In this document: piece after piece, positions 1-11,493 of the stretch
Numbering within the stretch: position 1 is the stretch's first letter
Layout of the letters: every line of letters starts with the position of its first letter
DNA from: Octopus bimaculoides
Lineage: Eukaryota
Direction of reading: 5' to 3'
DNA: 64,000 nucleotides
Assembly: GCF_001194135.2 (NCBI RefSeq)
Contig: NC_068988.1
Location: 28,477,387-28,541,386 of the forward strand
Position numbers and translations under genes: made by a program
The notes under the pieces: generated by a model
Databases searched by the model: none
Seen by the model: only the letters and a program-made list of their open reading frames with translations
Told to the model about the DNA's origin: nothing

Positions 1-32
<32 letters not shown>

Positions 33-1315
33 GCATATATAAGTACAGGACGTCAACAACGGTGCAAATAACATGAAATATGTAAACAAATGAGTTCAAT
101 ACACAAACGAGAAAAGAAATGGAAAACAGGATAAGTAAACACAGAGAAAGACCCTTCATCAGTTGTTGGTTGTCTGTTTACTTCTCATTTCGAACATTCA
201 TATATAGGGTTTCCATAAATTACGGACATCACTAAATATATCCCCAATGGTTGTTATATTTTTTTGATAACATAAATTAGATAGGATGATGTGTATATTA
301 CAATATTGTAATAACCAATATGTTGTGCATGCATAGTAATATTATGATCATGAAATTAGCATTAGTTTATCTCAATCTTTCTCGTGGAACCCCTAGGAAC
401 CTTTTGTAGAACCCTGGTTGAGAAACGCTGATTTGGGGGAACAAAAAATATTTGACATAGAAGCACAAAGTAAAACACTTAACCAGACATCACAAAAAAA
501 GAGCCCACATTTAATTCTCATTACATAACCTTTCGAGGACGAGTATTGTAAATATTGATCTTGCAGAGGACATAGGAATTGGTTTCGAAGTGGGAGAGGC
601 TATTGTTGGTTATCTTGGCTCCAACATATTCACCATCATTTAATGCTCACTTTTCTATGCTTGCATGGGTTAGATGAAATTTGCTGAGGCAAATGTACTA
701 TGGCTAGATGCTGTTCCTGTCACCAACCCTCAACTGTTTGCAAGCAAGGAAAATATTGAGATGTTTCCCGCAGAAAACTGGAAACACCATCTGTATGAAG
801 GTGATGCTCGTTTACAACCATCGTCACAAAAGTACACACACACACACACACAGAGAAAGCACCCACGCTGGTGCCATGTATAAAGCACTGATGCTGATGC
901 CATGTAAAAAGAGACTAATAGAATAAATACCAGACTTAAAAAAAAGAAGTATTGGCGGTCAATTATTTCAATCAAGCCTTTCAAGGTAATGCCCCAGCAT
1001 GGTCGTTATCTGATGACTGAAACAAGTAAGAGGTAAAAAAAAAAAGATGGATAAACGAACCCTTCTCTGAAATTAACTCAGAAAGGCCAGAGTCTCTAGT
1101 TTCAGCAGTTGATAGTTTCTATGGCTATATATCCTTCTTAATGCCAACTACTTTACATCATGTATTGGGTGCTTCTTGACAAATACCACAAACCAAATAA
1201 ACCTAGCTTTCCTCTGACTCAGCCATCTCTGCTATTGGAAAACTACAAAATTTGAAGCTAGATTTCAAAGAAGAAAAACTGATTTATCTTGTTCTAATCG
1301 AAATATATAACTTAC

Positions 1316-1423
1316 CGTCCGGTACTTCTGAAACAGGTACATTAGCAAGAGCTGCAAATGTGTCGATATTGATCGAAGAATATGCTTTGGACACTAACTT
1401 AATTGCTCTTCTACGTGTGATTT
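1316..1423 (-). CDS. COPS8: COPS8 exon 5 (EITRRRAIKLVSKAYSSINIDTFAALANVPVSEVPD); remaining exons presumably left of the window
   Basis: tttttacag/gtaagt, 108 nt; matches CSN8 TRRRAFALVSQAYTSI. No downstream exon found in 1-1315. Confidence 0.93.
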
Positions 1424-2853
1424 CTGTAAAAAAGAAAATTTGATATTCTTTTATTTTTTTACTCGATTCAATCATTTGACTGCGGCCGTGCTGGAGCATT
1501 GCCTTTAGTTAAATTTGAAACAAATTAAGAAAAGTTTAAAGAAAATAGAAAAAGCAATACTATCTAATTATTTGGCTAACATTCCTAAATTTAAAATGAA
1601 TGTAGGTTTTTTTACATTTCAGTAAAGCAAGCTTGATTGCTTTAGCACTGAAGTTAGGTAAGGAAAGAATCTGGGAAAAAGTTTATAAGCATTTCATTTG
1701 AATTACTAATTAATTAAAACATCAAAACTTAAATCATTTTTAACAGTGGAATTTGAAGTAGATAAATCTATAAATAACATGTAAATATTGAGTTAGGCAT
1801 AGCATTCCGTTGGTCACAACGGTGAGTGTTCCAGTTGATCTGATCAATGAAACAGCCTACTCATGAAATTAAGTGGCTGAGCACTCCACATAATGTGACA
1901 AGGCTGGCCCCCTTTGAATTACAGGTACAACTCATTTTTACCAGCTGAGTGGACTGGAACAATGTGAAATAAAGTGTCTTGCTTGTGGACACTAGGCACT
2001 GCCAGGAATCGAACTCATGACCTTACAGTTGTGAGCCAAACTCTAACCACTAAGCCATGCGCCTTCACTATATTGGGTTATAAAAACCCTTGGATGGAAA
2101 AAGTCAACAGCTGTCTGTGGTACCTGAACCTACATCTACCATTGTACCAAAGCAGGATCTAAGATATTTACTAGGCTAAAATGTACCAAACAGACATGTG
2201 CTCAGTATATCAATAGTAAAACGTCTGTTGTCTTTACAAAAGATATGGGTTCAAGCCCTACAGGCAGTCTCAAACTTTATCCATCCAAGGGGGTTTTAGC
2301 CCAATATTTACTATTATTTATAGCTTCAACTGCTTCAAGCTCCACCATTAAAAATGATATATTTTATTTTTAATTAATTAATAATTCAAATGAAATGTTT
2401 ATAAGCTTCTTCACAGACTCCTTCTTTAACTAAACTCAGTGCTAAAACAAAGAATCAAATTTGCTAAAAATCCACATTCTGTAAGAATTACAGGCAGGCA
2501 AATGGTGATGAGACATTTTGGCACAGTGGTTTTGAACGCTGCCTATTTGGCATAACTGATCTTATGTAGATTTATTAGACATTTAAATGCTTCTCCCGTT
2601 TTCTCCCTTACTCTCTGTGTGAATGTGTTTATGTCAATCATGTCCAAGTAATAAATTGTAATCTCTCTCGGTCCCTCTCCATCTTTCTACCAGTATGTGT
2701 ATATTTGTGTGTGTGTGTTTGCCTTTAGTGCCAAAAAGTAACATTGCCAAAACAGGTAGAATGTCCAATCAGCCATACCAAATTGTCATTGTGCAAACAG
2801 CTGCATCCAATCCTATCATTCCACTGGCAAAATACTGTAACTTTTATAATCAC

Positions 2854-2983
2854 CATAAATAGCATCCATAGTGGCTCTCAAATGTTCCGGCCAGTCTCTC
2901 TTTAAAACTTCATAGATGCCAGGAAAATCTCGCTGCCACATCTTTTGTCCTACTAACCACATATGACCAAGTTCTGGATGACT
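2854..2983 (-). CDS. COPS8: COPS8 exon 4 (SHPELGHMWLVGQKMWQRDFPGIYEVLKRDWPEHLRATMDAIY)
   Basis: ccttcaag acceptor, gtgatt donor, 130 nt; WQRDFPGIY is the CSN8 motif. Confidence 0.93.
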
Positions 2984-3822
2984 CTTGAAGGTAAAAAGAA
3001 ATAATAAACATCATTAAGATACACCATCAATAAGAAAGACAATATAGCTATTAGGAAAGAAGTTAATTTTAGTCTTTGGACTGCAGCCATGCTTAGTACA
3101 ACAGAAATTTGAGTTAAGTATCAGCTGCATAAACTTAGGTCATAGTGTTCTGCCTGGTGACATTCATCCTAAGTATAGAAACCATTAAACAATATTAACA
3201 TTATCCATGAACCTAGTTAAAAGTTATTTCTGTAAATTTTATCAAATTCAGGGGTATTTTTTCTTGCAAATTGTCAGATTTTAAAATGAATCCTGCTGCT
3301 TTCTTATATAACATTGTCAACCCCTAGACATTATTGTCTTGAATCCCAGGGGCTGGTTACCCAGGTTCCATGATACATAAGTGTCCAATATCCCAACATT
3401 GCCTCTGAACAGGGTGACAGTTAGTCACAGGGTTAGCCATTTACAGCTGAGTGAAGTGGAGCAATAAGAAATGAAGTGTTTTGCTCAAGAACACAACACA
3501 CTGCACCGTCTAGGTATTGAAACCACCATCTTGCAATCATGAATGCAACACATTCGCCACCAGAGAATAAACTTTCAATTTACATAATATCACTGACATA
3601 AAAAATCCTCCTAAACTAGATCAAAACCCTTCTCTACACACAAAGTTAACTCTCTATATATATTAGTCCTCCTCAAAACTATTGAACAACTTCCACAAAC
3701 AAAGAAAAACAGAAAAAAAAAACAGAAGAATTTCAGTGCCATGGTCTGCCGCTAATGAGACGTCAAGACAAACTTCCATTACAAATAATAAAGAGAAATT
3801 TCAGTGGCTCAGATTTACTTAC

Positions 3823-3871
3823 TGATTTGATTGATGGAGGGATTCTTTTCCATAAAAACTTGGCATTACAC
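3823..3871 (-). CDS. COPS8: COPS8 exon 3 (CNAKFLWKRIPPSIKS)
   Basis: gtatttcag/gtaagt, 49 nt; matches CSN8 NNARYLWKRIPPAIKS. Confidence 0.95.
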
Positions 3872-4304
3872 CTGAAATACAAAGAAAACAAAAGGAAAGT
3901 GCATTTGAATCAAATTGCTATATCTTACATCCTCACACACCTTCACCACCCACCGGATAAACCAGGTGTCTCCTTAACAGCAGGATACCTGTTACTGTCT
4001 CTCTACCATAATTTAACATCTTATCATCTGGCATAAAAATCACCCAACACATTCCTACCACACCTCTCAGATGAAGGGTATTTGTCTTGTGAGTTATTTG
4101 GTGACCTCACTAGTGCTAGTGCCACATAAAAAGCACCCAGGGCACTTTGTAAAGTGATTGGCATTAGGAAACTATGCCAAAGCAGACACTGAAGTTTGGT
4201 GTAGTCATCTGGCTCACCAGCTCCAGTCAAACTGTCCAATCTGTGCCAGTATGAAAGGAGGATGTTGAAAGATTAATGATGCTATGAAATAAAATGCAAC
4301 TTAC

Positions 4305-4375
4305 AGATCATTCCTAAGAAGATAGACTCCTAATAACCGTGTGTAGAGCTGTGGAGTAGCAATTCCACAAGGTGA
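4305..4375 (-). CDS. COPS8: COPS8 exon 2 (SPCGIATPQLYTRLLGVYLLRNDL)
   Basis: tttcttacag acceptor, gtaagt donor, 71 nt; matches CSN8 [24 protein letters not shown]. Confidence 0.95.
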
Positions 4376-5147
4376 CTGTAAGAAACGAAACAAATATATT
4401 AGGATAGCAGACAAATATTAGGAATTGGTACAAAAGTGAGTGAAAAAGTCTCGGAGGGAAAAGGATGGAAATGTCTCCTTTAAGAAAGAAAGAAATTTTT
4501 TTTTCTTTCAGTCATTAATCAAATCTATTTCCATAAAATAATTACTGTATTTGATGGTATATAAGACACCTTTTTCGAGAGAAAAAAAGTTACCCGAGGT
4601 CCCCTATGCAGAGTCAGGCATATTATATGCTCTAATGCACTAAAAACATTCTTTGATGAATATATGTTGCATCTAATATGTACATATGTCTTCAAAATGC
4701 TTTCAAATACAGTAAATTTTCTTTCATTTAGATACATGTTCTTTCATCTGGTATTTAGTATTTTATGTATCTATATAATATTTTCACTGTCTAGCACCAC
4801 CTTCTGGTCTACTGAAACCACTCGGTTGCCAACATATAGATCTGGCCTGATGACATCTGTCCATTCACTCACCTGTCTCAAATCTACTGAAAACTAGTAC
4901 AAAGTCAAAATTCAAACTCTATATTTTTAATTACGCTTCTAGCTTTAACATTTGTTTGATGAAGAAATAAAATGCCTCCACTTTATAGATTCAATTCTAT
5001 TATGAAATCATCAGGCATGTTTATTGTGAAGCTGAAAAGAACATGTCATTTATTTATTTTTTTATTTAGTCTGGTCAAGAGTAAGGAGTCGTGACCATTT
5101 GTATGATAGGCCCTCCTTAACTGATTAGAATATCATTAACTTTCTGC

Positions 5148-5465
5148 TTAAGCTGTTGCAAGTCTATGAGACTGCAGAAAAGACGTGCATGTGGGAATTC
5201 CAGAGAGGGAGATCTGGTAGGAAGGAAGAAAATACTGGGGGAAATTATTAGTGCAGGGCAAAGGGGAGGTAAGCTTAACATAATATATACGGTGAGAAGA
5301 GCGGGAAGGGGGGGGCAGTAAGTCGGGAGTAATTGAGTGAAAGTGGAACCAGACCAAACAACTCCAAAAAAGAGGAGGCCTTTCTCGAAGCGGCAGAAAA
5401 AGCTCAGAAAGAATGTAGCCCGTCATTGAACTTAAAGGTTGAAGTGTGCTTGTGAGTGACTTCAT
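5148..5465 (-). mobile_element. Degenerate CR1/Jockey-like LINE 3' remnant in COPS8 intron 1
   Basis: Translation fragments LLPPPSRSSHR..VKL..P.CTNNFPQYFLP resemble the post-RT C-terminus of CR1-like LINEs; frame is disrupted. Confidence 0.45.
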
Positions 5466-5708
5466 GTCAATTATTCGGGTAGTCTTATGATGCAGTCTAG
5501 GACGAGTGTGTGTGTGTGTGTGTGTGACAGTAGCACCGTCCTAGATTTAGAAACAGTACTTCATGTTCTTAAGTTAAAGTCAACATTAATCAATTATTTT
5601 GAAGAAAGAATATAAATCATTAAAGATTTTAAATACTGAATAGAAACGAACAATAAATTATACGTTTTAAAAAGGAAAATTTAAGTGGAAAATAGCCACA
5701 GAACTAGG

Positions 5709-5756
<48 letters not shown>

Positions 5757-6702
5757 TTATTATAGGTTCACACTTTTGTGAATTGCAATGAAGCGAAATA
5801 AGCACTCAACATCATTATGTTGAGTGAAAGAACAAAGATAGGTTTATGTGAATCACTAATCGGAATTTCTTGTCTGTGTAAGTTGTTGCGATGTGAATCG
5901 TTGATCCAAACAAACTCCATTTTTTATTAATAAACAGTGAAAATAATGCATCTATTCACGTTAACCTTAAATAATAAGTAATTATTATTCAGAGAATAAT
6001 CATTACTATTTTACACCGGCTTTGATCATTTGGAGTGTCGAACGGAGTCAATATCAGACATTATTATCATGAATTAAATATTTCGTCTGCCGCTACATTC
6101 TGAGTTCAAATTCCACCAAGGTCGACTTTGTCTTTCATCCTTCCGTGGTCGATAAATTAAGTACCAGTGAATCACTGGAGTCGATGTAATCGATTCATCG
6201 TCCTCCCATCAAATGGCTGCCCTTGTGGCAAAATTTGAAACCGTTATTATGAATTAAATATTGTTGAATTATTAACAGCATTTTCTCCGTGTACAATAAA
6301 TTATTAATCAGTTGTTTCAATACATTTTATTAAATACATTAAAAGCTGCCAGATGTTAAAACACCAGCTTATAATGTGAAGTAGGCGCCGACGATTACTA
6401 AAACATTTTAGAATATAAAAAGTATTTGAGGAAAATGATTGGAAAACACTCATTATTGAAGACAGCTATTTAATATAGAAATATAATATACAAGTAATAT
6501 TCAAAACAGTATTTTCTTTTATGTTATATATATCTAAATATAATCATCAACAAGGACTTGTTTTATAACGATTACACATGATGACAATGTGAAAGAGGTG
6601 CCATTAGATTCTGCTGATAAGAAAAAGATTCATTTGCTGAAGTAGTTCAGTAAGACTTCATAGAAAGTGTATAATAATCTGGTAAATAGAAAGGACACTT
6701 GC

Positions 6703-6762
6703 CTCCAGCTCTTGAAGTTCTAAATTTTCCACGGTTTTCGTGTCGTACTCGACAGAAGCCAT
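6703..6762 (-). CDS. COPS8: COP9 signalosome subunit 8, coding exon 1 (MASVEYDTKTVENLELQELE)
   Basis: ATG in context tacaacATGG; ENLELQELE aligns with the CSN8 N-terminal QCENQELE motif; ends at GAG|GCAAGT (GC donor); joins exon 2 in phase 0. Confidence 0.88.
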
Positions 6763-9700
6763 GTTGTAGTCACTGCTAATGCTAAACAACAGAGGCAGCC
6801 AACCGGTAAAGGACGTCACTTGGATGCTTAACAGAATAGTTTCATCACGTTTACAAACCATCACATCGATGCAGTTTAATAAAATAATAATTATAATGTT
6901 GACGTCTTAAGAATTTATAATCTTCCAGATTCGAGATGTATCGTTCCAAAAAAGTAGCTCATTCTCTCGAAGTCTCGAAATTCTTATGACGTCAGCACCA
7001 TACAATTCTTGGTGGTAAGAATAAAGTCTCTAAAATGAATAAATTCGAAGGATTGCTTTGGTCCAATGGTAGAACGCCTGTCATATTTACAGGAGATGAG
7101 GGTTTATGCCCCACGGGCAGCCTTCGATTTTTTTCTATCCAATGCTATTATTTATAGCTTTAACTGCTTCAATATCCACCATTCCAAAGAAAAAAATCTT
7201 AATTTTATATTTAAATGTAATAAAACATTTCAGAAAGGAATATTAGTATTGAGCAAACTAATTGTTCAGCGGTAACCCTTCAAATATTTTGGGATGTCTC
7301 AATAAACTCTGTACTGTTATCTTCTATCAGAATTTGTTCTAGTCAGGGCGGCGAGCTGGCAGAATCGTTAGCACGCTGGGCGAAATGCTTAGCAGTATTT
7401 TGTCTGCCGTTACATTCTGAGTTAAAATTCCATCGAGGTCAACTTTGCCTTTCATCCTTTCGGGGTCGATTAAAAAAGTACCAATTATGCACTGAGGTCG
7501 ATGTAATCGACTTAATCCTTTTGTCTGTCCTTGTTTGTCCCCTCTATGTTTAGCCCCCACCCCGTGGGCAATAAAGAAATAATTTAAAGTTGGCGAGTTG
7601 ACAGAAACGTTAGCACGCCAGGAGAAATACTTAGGGGTATTTCGGTTGTCTTTACGTTCTGAGTTCAAATTCCGCCGAGGTTGACTTTGCCTTTCATCCT
7701 TTCGGGGTCGATAAATTAAGTACTAGTTGCGTACTGGTCGATCTAATCGACTTCTCCCCCCCCCCCAAAAAAAATTTCGGGTCTTGTGCCTAGAGTAGAA
7801 AAGAATTTATTCTAGTCTGAAATAATTTGAACTCAGAATGTGAAGTCGGAAGAAAGGCTGTTAAGCATGTTGACTAGCTTACTTAGGATTCTGCCTGCTC
7901 ACCGTCTTCAAACGTTGTTCGGTTAATAAAGTGTAATGTTTCTTTCCCCACTCCCTCTGTCAGTCTGTCTGCTTGTTTCTTTCTGTCTGTCTGTCAGTCT
8001 GTCTCTTTTTCTCTCTCTCTCTTTCTATCTGTATGTGTATATTTCTGCGCGTGCCTGCCTGTGTGCGTTGTGTGTGTGTGTGTTTGTCTCCAGTGCGAAA
8101 AAGTACTGTCACTAAAACGAACTGAATGTTCAGTGAGCCATGCCAAATCATTAGCGTCCAAACAGCTGCGCCTTGTCGTCTCATTCCAACTCATAACTGC
8201 TTGTTATCTTTACGATTTATGAAATAGGTTTAAAACAAAAGCATAACCAAAATAATAAATGGTCTGATTATATTGCACATAGTCCTTTGTTAAAATAGTT
8301 TTTGCTGTGTGTGCATTCGTATATGTTTACATTTTTAAACAAATCGAAATATGGAAAAGCAAAGAATATTCATAGGAGAAACAAGAAAATTAAAATTAAT
8401 CTATTTTCTTCGCTGTGTGGTAAGACGTTTGCTTTCCAACCACATGGTTCTGGGTTCAGTCCCACTGCGTGACACCTTGAGCAAGTGTTTGCTATTATAA
8501 CCTTGGGCTGACTAAAGCATTGTGAGTGAATTTGGTAGAGGGAAATTGAAAGAAGCCCGTCATGCGCGCGTGTGTGTGTGTGTGTGTGTGTGTGTCTGAG
8601 TTTGTGTTGTCCTCCACCGTCACTTGACAACCGGTGTTGGTGTTTTTACGTCTTCGTAACATAGTGGTTCGACAAAATAGCACGATATAATAAGTACCAG
8701 GCTTTAAAAAAAAAGTACTGGAGTCGATTCGTTCGACTAAAATTCCTCGAGGCGGTACCCCAGTATGGCCACAGTCTAATGACTGAAACAAGCTCAGTAT
8801 AAAAGGTATGAGTATATTTTGTATTACATTTCGCTGTTACAAAGTGTAAAGATATATTCACCGTTCAATGAATTTATTTAAAAAAAGGTTAATATCTTAA
8901 ACTGAAACATATTAATTTTTAAAATTATATAGTAAAAGACAATCTCCCAAATTGTCGATTCTCCATACAGATTAAGACTTCAAAGGTAAGTCACTTCACT
9001 TCACTGTTGTACAAACACAAAATTATTTTCCTCCTAACTGAGTGTCAATGTAAAATAATGGTCTGCCAACAGCCGCTTGTTATTTGTAATACAAAATGGC
9101 TGTTAAATGACCGTCGCTGGACAAACAAAAGATTTAATTTATTTGTAGATTCTAAGAAAGATTGGTAGGTTAGTTTATCTACGTCTTTATCTTTATCTTG
9201 TCTTTTACTTGTTTCAGTCACTGGCCTGTGGCCATGCTGGGGCACTGTCTTGACAGATTTAGTCGAATAAATCGACCCCAGCAATTATTTTTCAGGTCTG
9301 ATTGATACAGCGGTAGACCACGAGCTCAATTGGTCTACCTTTGAGATGTAACCAGATCAATTAGAGATGGTTGGTTCTGGCAGGGCCCGGTTGAAGGCGT
9401 GCTTCCCCCACGACCCGCCTAGAAATAAGTGGGCGAAGATGAGATGAGATGACACTTATTCTATCAGTCGCTTTTGCCGAACGGCCGAGTTACATTGAGT
9501 AAAGAAACCAACATCGATTGCTGGGCAGTGCGGGGACAGATGTAAAGACACGCATATACATACATACGAGGAGTTTCCTCAAAGTTTCTGTCTACCAAAT
9601 CCACCCGCAAGACGTTGTTCGGCTCGGGGCTTTAGTAGAAGACACTTTCCCTAGGTGTCGCGCGGTGGGGCTGAACCCGAAATTATATGTTTGCAAAGCG

Positions 9701-9872
9701 AGCTTCGTAACCACACAGCAAAACGTAAAACCTAATTTAAGATTAACGTTTGCTCGTTCTGATTTGATCAAAAAGTTACTTGAAGTAAGCAAGCATGCTT
9801 TATACACATGTAAAACTGATTATTCAATAGAATAATTCATTTTTATTTTATTTATTACCACAGCAAAAATTA

Positions 9873-10056
9873 TGGTACTACTTAAATACAGAGGTCCCGA
9901 CGCATCTACGTAAACCTAACCCTAAAACTAACCCTAACCTTAACCAACTATAACCTTAACTAAACCTAACCTTAACAACTACCCCTAACGAGTGTGCAAT
10001 GTAAAAACACATCGTTACGTAGAAGCATCGGGACCTCTGTATTTAAGGAGTGTCCA
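9873..10056. mobile_element. MITE-like element with internal telomere-like (CCTAAC)n repeats
   Basis: 33-bp inverted repeat with 2 mismatches (9881-9913 / 10015-10047), extendable to TGG...CCA ends; AATTA on both flanks. Confidence 0.75.
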
Positions 10057-10561
10057 AATTATTTGTTATACAAACGTTTTTCAAACTTTTTCACTGTAAC
10101 CCACAGCAAAAACCACATTTTGTATTGCGACACGTTATACTGACGTGTAATAAATAAAAGACAAGCTCTATTCACCAGGTTCCTTCATTTAGACAGATTA
10201 TATGCCTGAAATTTTGGGGGAGAGAGTAAGTTGATTACATCGACCCCAGTACACAACTGGTACTTAGTTTATCAACCCCGAAAGGATGAAAGGCAAAGTC
10301 GACCTCAGCAGAATTTGAACTCAGAACATAGTGACAGATGAAATACCACTAAGCATTTCACCCAGTGTGCTAATGATTCTGTCTGTTTGTTGCCTTAGAT
10401 GATAATAACAATAAGAATAAGAAACACTGGTCTAGAAATTTCTTGTCTTCAGCTCTTGATATTTGACTGCCATTGTCAATGCGGAACTGTCAATAGCACT
10501 TGCCCAGTTGTGTGCCATACATAGCCTGCAATATACTGCTCAACTATATATATATATATAT

Positions 10562-11043
10562 NNNNNNNNNNNNNNNNNNNNNNNNNNNNNNNNNNNNNNN
10601 NNNNNNNNNNNNNNNNNNNNNNNNNNNNNNNNNNNNNNNNNNNNNNNNNNNNNNNNNNNNNNNNNNNNNNNNNNNNNNNNNNNNNNNNNNNNNNNNNNNN
10701 NNNNNNNNNNNNNNNNNNNNNNNNNNNNNNNNNNNNNNNNNNNNNNNNNNNNNNNNNNNNNNNNNNNNNNNNNNNNNNNNNNNNNNNNNNNNNNNNNNNN
10801 NNNNNNNNNNNNNNNNNNNNNNNNNNNNNNNNNNNNNNNNNNNNNNNNNNNNNNNNNNNNNNNNNNNNNNNNNNNNNNNNNNNNNNNNNNNNNNNNNNNN
10901 NNNNNNNNNNNNNNNNNNNNNNNNNNNNNNNNNNNNNNNNNNNNNNNNNNNNNNNNNNNNNNNNNNNNNNNNNNNNNNNNNNNNNNNNNNNNNNNNNNNN
11001 NNNNNNNNNNNNNNNNNNNNNNNNNNNNNNNNNNNNNNNNNNN
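10562..11043. other. Assembly gap (N run); others at 21693-22106, 42350-42406, 49990-50284, 51242-51340, 57773-57807
   Basis: Runs of n, mostly flanked by microsatellites or repeats. Confidence 0.99.
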
Positions 11044-11235
11044 NTATATATAAAAGAGTAAGTGTTTAAAATGAAATGTTCTAACATTATTAATACACCC
11101 TATCTGATGGCACATTAGGCGCAGCGCATATTCATGAATAAAAAAAGAGATTTTAGTGCATTAATGCATGTGATATGGGTCCAACTTTGTATATAGGATC
11201 CATGGTAATTCTTTTGGCCTTTTTTTTTTCAGAAA

Positions 11236-11372
11236 AAAAAGGGCTTCTATGTCATCAAACGCGGTTGACATAAAATATTGTTTTACGAGCATGAGAATTA
11301 TCCCCCTTGAAATGGATTATTTCTTTCGTGTTCTCTATTTTTGGTTAGTTTGCGTATTGTTAATATGTAAAA
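11236..11372 (+). ncRNA. Candidate U11 snRNA-like sequence (unconfirmed)
   Basis: AAAAAGGGCTTCT matches the U11 5' end; 7-bp hairpin 11248-11272; long hairpin 11287-11333; Sm-like ATTTTTGG 11337-11344; 10-bp 3' stem 11349-11371. The GCUUC/GAAGC junction helix is not seen. Confidence 0.3.
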
Positions 11373-11493
11373 TATATAATAAAACTCATCCCTTTTTAAT
11401 TTTATTTGGCTATCCACATCCCCCTTTTTAATACTGTAAACAATAATAAAGACTTTGTCTCTATATACTTTCAGAACTTATTTCACATAAGAA

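Noticed and set aside
1-1315. Possible COPS8 exons 6-7
   Set aside because: Acceptor candidates at about 1200-1260 lead to stops, and no GW-containing or C-terminal CSN8 motif was found. These exons are probably left of the window.
9379-9445. HDV-like ribozyme fold in the structured insertion
   Set aside because: A P3/L3-like hairpin is present, but P1 needs a bulge, there is no GG for P1.1, and no P2 partner exists. Kept only as a structured retroposon end.
10463-11115. Long ORFs of 189-203 aa in the ORF track (also those crossing 21693-22106 and 51242-51340)
   Set aside because: Artefacts of N runs translated as X. Only the RTE part at 22107-22408 has real coding signal.
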